A stretch of DNA of 64,000 bases. It comes from a bacterium (GTDB taxonomy: Bacteria > Patescibacteriota > Microgenomatia > Daviesbacterales > UBA10151). Where the stretch lies: positions 398,997-462,996 of the forward strand of contig JAJYNN010000002.1 of NCBI GenBank assembly GCA_021786315.1, written 5' to 3'. How positions within the stretch are numbered: the first letter of the stretch is position 1; each line of letters opens with the position of its first letter. The translations under genes were made by a program, and so were the position numbers. The notes under the pieces were generated by a model. That model was not told where the DNA came from, searched no databases, and worked only from the letters and a program-made list of their open reading frames with translations. Of the stretch, positions 11,045 through 19,633 are shown piece by piece.

Positions 11045-11581
11045 ATGAATCTGCCTGAAGTATCTAAAAATTCCCGAAGATCCTGTCAAAGTGAAGCCAA
11101 AGGCTTCACTTTGATTGAGCTTATGGTGGCAATTTCTATTATTGCCCTGTTGTCTATTATTGCCCTGTCTGCATTTTCCAGTGTTCAAAAAAGTTCACGG
11201 GATGCAAAGAGGAAATCAGACTTGGGGACCGTCCGGGGAGCTTTAGAACAATACCGTGCCGACCAGCACAATTACCCGGTTAGTGGGAATGTCGGCATTG
11301 GCAACCTTTCCAGTTATTTACCTGATAAGGCTTTAACTAATCCTGCAGCCACAGTCACCTATTTGAATAAATACCCCCGTGACCCCAAATATTCTACTGG
11401 CGGCTGCAGTATTTTGCCCTGTTATAAATACTACTATCAGGCATTGCCCAATGGTTGCAATAATACTACGACTACCTGCAACAGTTATTGCCTCTTTGAC
11501 AGCACGGAAAGCAATGGCAATGCAACAATGGATCCGGCTTGCTCCAATGCCATGTTCAATTACTCAATTACTGCACCATGA
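11045..11581 (+). CDS. Type IV pilin paralog with a long leader and a Cys-rich C-terminal domain
   Basis: ...SRRSCQSEAKG|FTLIELMVAISIIALLSIIAL. The leader DNA contains AAGATCCTGTCAA, which resembles the conserved core of the two-hairpin repeat family. Confidence 0.65.
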   Translation: MNLPEVSKNSRRSCQSEAKGFTLIELMVAISIIALLSIIALSAFSSVQKSSRDAKRKSDLGTVRGALEQYRADQHNYPVSGNVGIGNLSSYLPDKALTNPAATVTYLNKYPRDPKYSTGGCSILPCYKYYYQALPNGCNNTTTTCNSYCLFDSTESNGNATMDPACSNAMFNYSITAP

Positions 11582-12156
11582 GAAAAAACGGATTTAGTGT
11601 GAAGCGCGAAGCCAAGGGTTTCACCCTTGTGGAACTAATGGTGGTAGTCGGAATAATGGGAATTTTGGCTGCTGTGTTGTTACCCCAGCTTGGCAATTTC
11701 AACCGTTTTCAAAGCCTCCAAGCTGCTGCAAACGAGCTTCAAACAAATTTTAGAAGAACGCAAAACAATGCGGCTAGCGGCGTTTCCTGTTCTGCTTCTG
11801 TAAGGGCGACAGATTGGCATTTATTGATTACCGACTCTTCGCACTACTCTATCGCTCCAACGTGTGCCGGTGCTACTTCCACCACCTATACCTTGCCCCG
11901 AGGCATAAAAATTTATAGTGCGTCTCTCGATTCCTGCGAGACTGTTGCTACCGGCAATGGCATTAATTTGTCTAATTTTGGTGTTGCCTACAATAATATT
12001 TCTGCGGCTGTAAACTTCCAAAGTGGAAATACAGGATGTTTAGTCTCCTCCTCCTCAAAACAATCGATCATAAAGTTATTTTTAGATAACGATACCAGCA
12101 AATACATTAAAGTCATAGTTGAAAGAGGCGGTTCTGTCTACTTAAGCTCCAACTAA
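11578..12156 (+). CDS. Minor pilin / pseudopilin (GspH/FimT-like); start at the internal ATG of track ORF 11539..12156
   Basis: MRKNGFSVKREAKG|FTLVELMVVVGIMGILAAV prepilin N-terminus. Confidence 0.6.
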   Translation: MRKNGFSVKREAKGFTLVELMVVVGIMGILAAVLLPQLGNFNRFQSLQAAANELQTNFRRTQNNAASGVSCSASVRATDWHLLITDSSHYSIAPTCAGATSTTYTLPRGIKIYSASLDSCETVATGNGINLSNFGVAYNNISAAVNFQSGNTGCLVSSSSKQSIIKLFLDNDTSKYIKVIVERGGSVYLSSN

Positions 12157-12232
12157 AACTAACTCAATGTTCTCTGCTATTTCCTTGAAAAACTCAGCTT
12201 GAAAATATATAGTGGATGTAGCTACCTCTATA

Positions 12233-12811
12233 ATGAAAAAAACTGCCTCAAAATTCCTCGATACTTCTGGTCAAAGCTTGGTTGAAGTTTTGGTTGCTCT
12301 CACTGTTGCGGCTTTAGTTATTTTAGCTCTGGTTGTGGTTTCGTTAATGGGGCTTAAAAATGCCCAGTTTGCCCAAAATCAGGCAAAAGTGACCAAGTAT
12401 GCCCAGGAAGCAATTGATCAAGTTAGGGCGATCAGGGATAGGAATGGGAATGTAACCTTTCAGAATAACCTGTCTAACCCGGCTTGTACTCCCTGTAGCG
12501 GCAATACTTGCGCTTTTTCCGGGTTGTGGAGCTGTCAACTTACAAAATCCAGCGGATCTCCCTGTACTTTATCTCCCGGAAATGGATGTTACTTAGTGCT
12601 TTCCGCAGATGGAACTAGCCTGAGCGAACCGAGCAGTCTAAATAATGCGAACCAAAATTTAGGTGATGGTTTTTCTAGACAGGTAATTTTGGAAGATGGT
12701 GCTCCCGCTTTGGATTATTCAAAAGAAAAACGGGTAAGGGTTGTAGTCACTTGGACGGATTCCTCAGGAACGCATGAGTCAAATGTCCAAACAATTTTAA
12801 CTAAACATTAA
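12233..12811 (+). CDS. Minor pilin (PilV-like); start at the internal ATG of track ORF 12212..12811
   Basis: MKKTASKFLDTSGQS|LVEVLVALTVAALVILAL, a prepilin-like N-terminal helix. Confidence 0.5.
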   Translation: MKKTASKFLDTSGQSLVEVLVALTVAALVILALVVVSLMGLKNAQFAQNQAKVTKYAQEAIDQVRAIRDRNGNVTFQNNLSNPACTPCSGNTCAFSGLWSCQLTKSSGSPCTLSPGNGCYLVLSADGTSLSEPSSLNNANQNLGDGFSRQVILEDGAPALDYSKEKRVRVVVTWTDSSGTHESNVQTILTKH

Positions 12812-13476
12812 TGAAGCAAAAAGGTTTTAGTGCGAAGCGCGAAGTCAAGGGCTTCACCTTGATTGAAATACTAGTAGTCATGTCTATCATGGCTGTTTTG
12901 GGCTTAATTTTTACCAATACTTTGGTACAAACTTTAAGAAACCAAAATAAAGTTCGGGTAGTAAATCAGGTAAAACAAAATGGCCAGGTTGGCCTGGACC
13001 GGATATCCAATGAGATTCGCCAGGCAGAAAGGGTTTTTTGTATTAACGATAACCAGGCAAATACAGATACTCTTATTCTTTTCCGGCAGGGAGTTTATAC
13101 AAGGATCCGCTTTGCTGCACCTTCCCCTGCAAATAACCCTACTGCTAACGGCTATATTTCCATTGATTATCCTGATGCTGCCAATGCTGACTGCAACGGC
13201 GCTCAGTCTTTACCCCAGTCCCTGACAGATCAGGACACTAAAAATGGAGTGTCTATAGACTTTAATCCCTTAACTGCTGGGTTCCCGAAACTTCGTGATC
13301 CTCTCGTTTCTGATAAGATATTTACTAAGAACTCATTGCCGGGTTACCCTGACACAATAAACATTAAGTTCAGGGCCACTAGCGGGGTGTCAGCAGGCCG
13401 GATGTTTGAAAACCTGGTGTCGGATAACGGTGTCTTATTCGATACTACGGTGGAAGTAAGAGGAGGAAGAATGTAA
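12811..13476 (+). CDS. Minor pilin (PilW-like)
   Basis: MKQKGFSAKREVKG|FTLIEILVVMSIMAVLGLIF. The leader is near-identical at DNA level to that of the 11578 gene. Confidence 0.55.
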   Translation: MKQKGFSAKREVKGFTLIEILVVMSIMAVLGLIFTNTLVQTLRNQNKVRVVNQVKQNGQVGLDRISNEIRQAERVFCINDNQANTDTLILFRQGVYTRIRFAAPSPANNPTANGYISIDYPDAANADCNGAQSLPQSLTDQDTKNGVSIDFNPLTAGFPKLRDPLVSDKIFTKNSLPGYPDTINIKFRATSGVSAGRMFENLVSDNGVLFDTTVEVRGGRM

Positions 13477-14396
13477 TGTTTCAAAAAGGACAAACAATCA
13501 TTATTTTACTTTTGGTGGTGGTTATCGCTTTGGGTATTGGTTTGACTGTGGTTGGCCGAAGCATTACTGAAATTTCTACCTCCACAAAAACAGAGGAATC
13601 TACCCGAGCCTTTGCGGCAGCAGAAGCCGGGATCGAACGCGCACTTTCAAGGAATTCCGGGATAGGCCAAGGAAGCGCCGGGAATTTGAGTTTGGGAAGC
13701 TCTGATTTGACTAATCAATCCAGTGCCGATGTCAGCTGGAACCCGCTTTTGCCTGACACCAGTTTGGCTTTAGAATACCCGCCATTCGGCAAAGAAAGTT
13801 TCGCCCAGGTTTGGCTGGCAGATCCAATCCACTCAACAAACGGATACCCGAACGCATCTTATAACCAGAATAATTTTGATATTTATTTCGGCAAGATTGA
13901 TGATACCTATTACGCAGCAAATCCTGACCAAAAACCTGCTATTGAGGTTGTGGTTGTTTACCGTGACGGAAATAATTTTAATAGTATCAGCAATTTCTAT
14001 GATTCTTATTCCGGTACGAATCCCAGCAGCAGGAACAACAGTTTTTCCGGATGCGCTGCCTTAAAGCCTGCAAGCATAGTAACTAATCAAAACTCTAATT
14101 CAGGGAGAATTTTTTATTGTCAGGTTCATATCACGGGTTTTCCTTATAACGTTGGAGCAAACCAGTATCCGGTGATGGCGAGGATAAGAGTTTTGTACAG
14201 CAATATTAGCCACCCCGTGGCTCTCCAGCCTACCGGAGGCTCATCCCTGCCACGGCAGGTTGCAATTTTCACCTCGACTGGTGAGTCCGGAGGAGCACAG
14301 AAAACTATACGAACTATCCAGGTTTTCCAGCAAAAATCCGTCATGCCTAACCTTTTTAACTATGCACTATTTTCTGCAGGAGCACTAAACAAATGA
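13476..14396 (+). CDS. PilX-like pilus assembly protein (PilX N-terminal domain)
   Basis: N-terminal TM segment followed by RAFAAAEAGIERAL, typical of PilX_N. 306 aa. Confidence 0.55.
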   Translation: MFQKGQTIIILLLVVVIALGIGLTVVGRSITEISTSTKTEESTRAFAAAEAGIERALSRNSGIGQGSAGNLSLGSSDLTNQSSADVSWNPLLPDTSLALEYPPFGKESFAQVWLADPIHSTNGYPNASYNQNNFDIYFGKIDDTYYAANPDQKPAIEVVVVYRDGNNFNSISNFYDSYSGTNPSSRNNSFSGCAALKPASIVTNQNSNSGRIFYCQVHITGFPYNVGANQYPVMARIRVLYSNISHPVALQPTGGSSLPRQVAIFTSTGESGGAQKTIRTIQVFQQKSVMPNLFNYALFSAGALNK

Positions 14397-14854
14397 CGAC
14401 AAAAAAAGAAAAGGGCTTCACCCTTGTAAGGCTACCTTCGCTTCGCGAACGATCTTGCAAGGGCTTTACCCTTGTGGAAGTGATGTTGGCGGTGGCGGCG
14501 GTTATCTTTTTAGGCTTTTTAGTTATGAGTCTGCCTTCGGCAATCTCTTCAATTAACCGGAGCAGGCACACTTCAATTGCAAAAGACATCGCCAGCCGTC
14601 AAATCGAAAAACTAAGAGAACAGACTTACGCTAATTTAGCCAACGGTACCAGCTCGTTTACCGATTCGGATTTGGATAGTCTGAATCAATCTTCTGCTTC
14701 CTACGAAATTGAAGACTGCCCCTCAAGTGTTTGTACGGACATTGGCGTTTATAAATTAAAACAGGTAAAAGCTTCAGTTTCTTGGAATGAATTAGGTGAT
14801 AATAAAAAAGTGGAGATGACTACACTTGTTGGTGAAGGAGGAATAGGACAATGA
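14393..14854 (+). CDS. Pseudopilin-like protein whose leader carries a repeat insertion that duplicates the KG|FTL site
   Basis: MTTKKEKGFTLVRLPSLRERSCKGFTLVEVMLAVAAVIFLGF. The RLPSLRERSC segment is encoded by hairpin 1 of the two-hairpin repeat. Confidence 0.5.
   Translation: MTTKKEKGFTLVRLPSLRERSCKGFTLVEVMLAVAAVIFLGFLVMSLPSAISSINRSRHTSIAKDIASRQIEKLREQTYANLANGTSSFTDSDLDSLNQSSASYEIEDCPSSVCTDIGVYKLKQVKASVSWNELGDNKKVEMTTLVGEGGIGQ
14428..14458. repeat. Two-hairpin repeat, partial copy E (hairpin 1 only) inside a pseudopilin leader, flanked by a 17-bp imperfect direct repeat
   Basis: AAGGGCTTCACCCTTGT-aAGGCTACCTTCGCTTCGCGAACGATCTTGC-AAGGGCTTTACCCTTGT. Confidence 0.6.
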
Positions 14855-15498
14855 GGAAATTTTCAATTTTCAATTTTCAATTTTCAAATTCTGGTTTTAC
14901 CTTGGCGCGAAGTGCCAAAGGGAATTCTTTGGGATTCACTTTGGTGGAAACTTTAGTCGCTTCAGGAGTGGCCTTGATAGTGGGCACCCTATTGGTAGGA
15001 ATTTTAGTCAACCACAGTGGTTTGTCTTACAAAGAAAATGCCTTGGTAAACGAAGGCTTAAGCTTAAATGATGCTATGGGTAAGATTGACAACAATATCC
15101 GGGAATCTGCAGCGGTGGCAATCGGCTACCCGGAAAGTACCCCAACTTATACAACAGGAAACTCTGTTCTAGTGCTAAAGCTTCCCGCCCTATCCTCCTC
15201 CGGAACTATAGAAAACGTTTACGATTATGCGGTTATTGCCGCAGATATAACCCAACCAAAGGTGCTCCGGCTCCAAATTTTTCCCGATTCCCAAAGTATC
15301 CGCCAGCCGGCAAATACTGTGCTCACTACCCTCCTCAATTCCGTTACATTTAATTATTTAGACAGGAATGGAAATAGTGTAACTCCGGCAGATGCTTTTA
15401 AGGTTTCGGTTAATTTATCAGTTCTTTCGCAGACTGGGTCTATTGGTTCAAGCCGGTCGTCGGTTTCGACGACATCACTGAGGAACTATTCAAAATAA
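14851..15498 (+). CDS. Pseudopilin-like protein with an extended leader
   Basis: MRKFSIFNFQFSNSGFTLARSAKGNSLG|FTLVETLVASGVALIVG. Contains four AATTTTC repeats and the palindrome TTGGCGCGAAGTGCCAA. Confidence 0.5.
   Translation: MRKFSIFNFQFSNSGFTLARSAKGNSLGFTLVETLVASGVALIVGTLLVGILVNHSGLSYKENALVNEGLSLNDAMGKIDNNIRESAAVAIGYPESTPTYTTGNSVLVLKLPALSSSGTIENVYDYAVIAADITQPKVLRLQIFPDSQSIRQPANTVLTTLLNSVTFNYLDRNGNSVTPADAFKVSVNLSVLSQTGSIGSSRSSVSTTSLRNYSK
14858..14885 (+). repeat. Perfect tandem heptanucleotide repeat (AATTTTC)x4 in codons 3-11 of the pseudopilin gene
   Basis: aattttcaattttcaattttcaattttc read directly from the sequence. A unit length of 7 means copy-number change would shift the reading frame. 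Confidence 0.8.
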
Positions 15499-17276
15499 TG
15501 AAAAAAGAATCTGGCCAGATATTAGTTTTAGCAATAGTTGTTTCCGCTTTGGTTTTAATTAACACTTTGGTTATCATTGCCGGCTCGCAGATTTTTTCTC
15601 AGAACTCAAACTACAGTGTACAGGCCGGGCAAGCTGTAGCTTTGGCTGAGGCAGGAGTAGATAAGGCTGTCGCCTCACTTAACGCTTTTGGCGGAAATTA
15701 CTCGGGAGAGCCGGAAACTGCTTTAGGGTCGGGTTCGTTTTCGGTAGTAATAACTACCCCTGATGCTAACACCAAGGTTGTTGAGTCTACGGGTTATGTC
15801 CCTTCTAAGGCTAACTATAAAGCTAAAAAAAGCGTCAAAATTGTTGTTTCTAAAGGAGTGGGTGTCGCTTTTGTTTATGGTATCCAGGCAGCTGAAGGCG
15901 GATTGCAGATGTCCAACAACAGCACCGTTAACGGTTCTGTCTACTCGAATGGGAATATTATTATGAATAATAACGCCCGAATAACCGGCGATGCATATGT
16001 TGCGGGAGGGACAACCCCTAACCCCGACCAGTCTGAAGACTGTTCCTCGACCAATTGCACCGATTTCGTTTTCGGAAAAAATATAGGCGGAGAAAACCGT
16101 TTAGATGCGGCTCAAAGCTTCCAGCCTACAGTCAGTAATGTCTTAAATAAAGTTTCCCTCAAGTTAAAAAAGACAGGGTTCCCTTCCGACATTACCGTTC
16201 GTTTACTGCAGGACAATAACGGGCAGCCAAATAAGAACCAGGTTATTGCCTCAACGGTGCTTAGCGCCGGGTTAGTTGGTAGTGACTATGGTTTTGTTGA
16301 TGTAGCGTTCCCGGCTCCACCGAGCTTAACCTCAGGAACAACTTATTGGATTGTGCTCGATGCTTCGTCCGATTCTTCAAACTATTGGTCTTGGTCAGGG
16401 GATTTACTCCAGGGTTACACCGCAGGAAAAGCAATGTGGTCTCCTGACTGGCAGGCAGGAAACCCTTCCTGGAACTCTGTTTCCCTGGACTTGGGCTTCC
16501 AGACTTATCTTGGGGGCCAAGCGACGTATATTCAGGGTGCAAACGGAATAAGTATCGGGGGGAATACGCACGCGCATAGTTTAAAGGACTTAACAATTAC
16601 CGGTGGTGCTTATTACCAAGCTGCGACAAACATAACCGCCAGTAGCTACCACCCCGGAACTCCTGACCCGGCTGTGAGATCAATGCCAATTTCTGAACCG
16701 AATATTGCTACTTGGAAAAATGTTGCTTCAGACCCGAATCAGGGAGGCGGTACCTATATTGGGGATATTACTTCTTGTAGGGCAACCTTAGGTCCTGGTA
16801 AATATGTCGGTAACGTAACTTTCTCTAACAGCTGTAATGTAACTATCAAAGGTTTGGTTTGGATTACCGGCGATTTAAATTTAAACAACAACAATATACT
16901 TCAATTGGATCCGGCGTTTGGAGTTTCGTCAGGTGTAATTATCGTAGACGGTGTGATTAATATTGATAACAACAACAAACTCAAAGGTTCAGGCACTGCC
17001 GGAAGTTACTTAATGGCTCTGTCTACCCACGACTCTACTGTAGACGGATCTGTCGCCATTAATGTCTCCAACGGGGGCAATACCGGTATTTTATATACTA
17101 ATAAAGGCATAATTAGCCTCCAGAATACCAATCACCTGACAGAGGTTAGCGGATGGCAGATTGACCTGAGCAATGGGGTAATTATTGACTATGATACCGG
17201 GCTTGCAAGCTCCTTCTTCTCTTCGGGTCCTTCAGGATCCTACTCCCTGGTTAAAGGTACATACCAGCTAAAGTAG
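15498..17276 (+). CDS. Large pilus-associated secreted protein (PilX_N-like anchor, Asn-rich beta-helix-like C-terminus); putative tip adhesin
   Basis: 592 aa. N-terminal TM followed by AVALAEAGVDKAV. Asn-rich repeats (NLNNNNILQLD, IDNNNKLKGSG). Position inside the pilus locus. Confidence 0.4.
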   Translation: MKKESGQILVLAIVVSALVLINTLVIIAGSQIFSQNSNYSVQAGQAVALAEAGVDKAVASLNAFGGNYSGEPETALGSGSFSVVITTPDANTKVVESTGYVPSKANYKAKKSVKIVVSKGVGVAFVYGIQAAEGGLQMSNNSTVNGSVYSNGNIIMNNNARITGDAYVAGGTTPNPDQSEDCSSTNCTDFVFGKNIGGENRLDAAQSFQPTVSNVLNKVSLKLKKTGFPSDITVRLLQDNNGQPNKNQVIASTVLSAGLVGSDYGFVDVAFPAPPSLTSGTTYWIVLDASSDSSNYWSWSGDLLQGYTAGKAMWSPDWQAGNPSWNSVSLDLGFQTYLGGQATYIQGANGISIGGNTHAHSLKDLTITGGAYYQAATNITASSYHPGTPDPAVRSMPISEPNIATWKNVASDPNQGGGTYIGDITSCRATLGPGKYVGNVTFSNSCNVTIKGLVWITGDLNLNNNNILQLDPAFGVSSGVIIVDGVINIDNNNKLKGSGTAGSYLMALSTHDSTVDGSVAINVSNGGNTGILYTNKGIISLQNTNHLTEVSGWQIDLSNGVIIDYDTGLASSFFSSGPSGSYSLVKGTYQLK

Positions 17277-17297
17277 ATTATGTGATACTATAATTGT

Positions 17298-18329
17298 ATG
17301 TCTGCCGAATATGCTGTTGGAGTCGATATTGGATCATCCTCAATTAAAGCTGTGGTCCTCTCCCACAAAGGCAATACTCCTAAATTAATTTCATTTGGTT
17401 CTATTGCCGCCCCTTCCCCCGGAATCACTTCGGACAATCCGGTTGACTTGGAAATGGAAGCCAAAGCGATTAAAACGTTAATTGCCTCGATCAAGTCTCC
17501 AACTACTTCTGTTGTTATAGCTCTGCCGGAATCGAAGATTTTTACCAGGGTTATTGAAGATTTGCCGTTTCTTTCAGATGAGGAATTGGCTTCAGCCATC
17601 CGCTACTCCGCCGAAGAGTTTGTTCCTTTGCCGGCTGACCAGGTAAATCTTTATTGGCAGGTAATTAACCGTTCAAAGCAGCAAAATTTTACTTCAGTTT
17701 TTGTCATTGCCTCACCTAAAAACACCGTTAATAAATACCTGAAGGTTTTAGATTTGGCAGGATTGAAGCCCCAGGCGTTAGAAACTGAGTTAATCGCCGC
17801 AACCAGGGCATTAGTCGGCAACAACCAGTATGCCCCAACTACAATGATCATTAACTTTGGCGCCGGATCGACAGATTTTGCGGTTGTTTCTAAAGGAACG
17901 ATCCAACTTACCAGATCGATTGGTACCGGTGGCTTAGCCTTAACCCGGGCAATTTCCCAATACCTTAATTTTGAGCCCATGCAAGCTGAAGAATACAAAA
18001 AAGTTTATGGACTATTGGAGGACCAGCTTGGAGGCAAAATCTACCAGGTTTTAAAACCTCTGGTGGATGTCATTGCCTCCGAAGCCCAAAGGGTGGTCCA
18101 GGCTTATCAAACAAAGAACCCCCAAAACCACATAAAACGGGTTGTTTTGGCCGGAGGAGGAGCAAAGCTTCCGGGGTTGGTCATCTATCTGGCAAATGTC
18201 TTAGGTTTGGAAATTCAGGAAGCGGATCCTTGGTATTTTATTGAAAAGGACAATAATATTCTACCCAAACAACTTGCTGAAGCTATCCAATATACTGTTG
18301 CTGTAGGGCTGGCGCTAAGAACAGAGTAG
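17298..18329 (+). CDS. pilM: Type IV pilus assembly protein PilM (actin-like ATPase fold)
   Basis: 343 aa. VGVDIGSSSIKAVVL phosphate-1 motif and GAGSTDF, the actin/HSP70 fold motifs. Confidence 0.85.
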   Translation: MSAEYAVGVDIGSSSIKAVVLSHKGNTPKLISFGSIAAPSPGITSDNPVDLEMEAKAIKTLIASIKSPTTSVVIALPESKIFTRVIEDLPFLSDEELASAIRYSAEEFVPLPADQVNLYWQVINRSKQQNFTSVFVIASPKNTVNKYLKVLDLAGLKPQALETELIAATRALVGNNQYAPTTMIINFGAGSTDFAVVSKGTIQLTRSIGTGGLALTRAISQYLNFEPMQAEEYKKVYGLLEDQLGGKIYQVLKPLVDVIASEAQRVVQAYQTKNPQNHIKRVVLAGGGAKLPGLVIYLANVLGLEIQEADPWYFIEKDNNILPKQLAEAIQYTVAVGLALRTE

Positions 18330-18331
18330 CT

Positions 18332-18925
18332 ATGATTAAGGCTCCCGCTAAACAACCAAATAAAGAATCTTCCCATATTACCAAACTGGTGGTGAATCTT
18401 TTGCCTAATGAAATCTTGCTGCAGAGGAGGCAAAGCTCGAAACTTGCGCTTATCAACAAGATAAGTGTGGCTGCTTTAGTCAGCTTAATTTTCTTTGCTT
18501 CGGCTACTTTAGGGTTACGTATTTCTCAAAACATGAGCCTAAAAAATGCTGAACAAAATTTGGCTTATGCTAAGGAAAAGGTTTCGTCTTTTCAGGATAA
18601 GGAAGCAGCAGCGGTGGTTTTAAAGCAGCGTTTGTCACAAATAAAAACCTTAATGGGTGCGGACTCAAAGATTACCACTATTTTTAATTTGATTGTTTAC
18701 CTGACCCCGGTTGATGTTCAAATTACCGAAGCGTCTGTTGATAAAAATGGGAGTATGATTATGACTCTCACGACATCCTCCCTCCCCTCCCTGGAAACAT
18801 TAATCAGCAGCTTAGGGAATAAAGAAAAAAATTCCGATCTTGTTTCTAAAGTCGAGCTGCAAGGTTTATCTTTGGGCAAGGATTCAATTTACAGGATGGT
18901 GTTAAAAATCACTCCTAAAAACTAG
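18332..18925 (+). CDS. pilN: PilN-like inner-membrane pilus alignment protein
   Basis: 197 aa. NLLPNEILLQRRQ followed by a single TM; immediately downstream of pilM. Confidence 0.6.
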   Translation: MIKAPAKQPNKESSHITKLVVNLLPNEILLQRRQSSKLALINKISVAALVSLIFFASATLGLRISQNMSLKNAEQNLAYAKEKVSSFQDKEAAAVVLKQRLSQIKTLMGADSKITTIFNLIVYLTPVDVQITEASVDKNGSMIMTLTTSSLPSLETLISSLGNKEKNSDLVSKVELQGLSLGKDSIYRMVLKITPKN

Positions 18926-18934
18926 AATAAAGAT

Positions 18935-19633
18935 ATGGATGAGCTAAAAAATATCTATAGGCAATATAAACTAATCATTTGGCCGGTGTTAAGCGGAGTG
19001 GCATCAATAATTATCCTGGCATTGGTGATAATTCCTCAGTTTATGTCTTATTTACAAGTAAAGGATGAGATAAATAAAACCCAAAACCATTCCAGTCGTT
19101 TGGAAGCAAAAGCTTCAGAGTTGGAACAATTTGATGAATCCGCCGCAAAAAAGAACCTACAGACCGCTTTCACGGTTTTGCCCGAGGACCAAGATGTACC
19201 CAAATCTTTGGCAATTTTACAATCACTGGTAAAAGCTTCCGCCTTGGAACTTAAAAATACAAATTTTATTTCAACTTCTAAAAATTCCGGAGGCAAAAGT
19301 AGCTTCCAGCTTAACCTAACTGTTGCGGGTCCCATTCCTCTGATCAGGAATTTTCTTTTAAGCCTTAAAGGTGCGCCTCAGATTTTTCAGGTTGAGTCTA
19401 TCAGTATCAAATTTGAAAACATGGGATCGGCTGTGGAGGCTACAATACCTATCTCAGTCTTTTACCAAAATGTGTCTAAGACTGTAACGAACTCAGACCA
19501 GCCGGTGCCGCAATTATCCAATGATGAGATTGAACTTTTAGACAAACTTTCTAAAATTACTGTCGGACTTGAAGCCTCAAGCAGTGCTGTATCGGCCTCT
19601 GTACCTTTGGGTAAATCAGACCCTTTTCAATAG
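18935..19633 (+). CDS. pilO: PilO-like pilus alignment protein
   Basis: 232 aa. N-terminal TM plus a coiled-coil segment; position after pilM/pilN. Confidence 0.5.
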   Translation: MDELKNIYRQYKLIIWPVLSGVASIIILALVIIPQFMSYLQVKDEINKTQNHSSRLEAKASELEQFDESAAKKNLQTAFTVLPEDQDVPKSLAILQSLVKASALELKNTNFISTSKNSGGKSSFQLNLTVAGPIPLIRNFLLSLKGAPQIFQVESISIKFENMGSAVEATIPISVFYQNVSKTVTNSDQPVPQLSNDEIELLDKLSKITVGLEASSSAVSASVPLGKSDPFQ

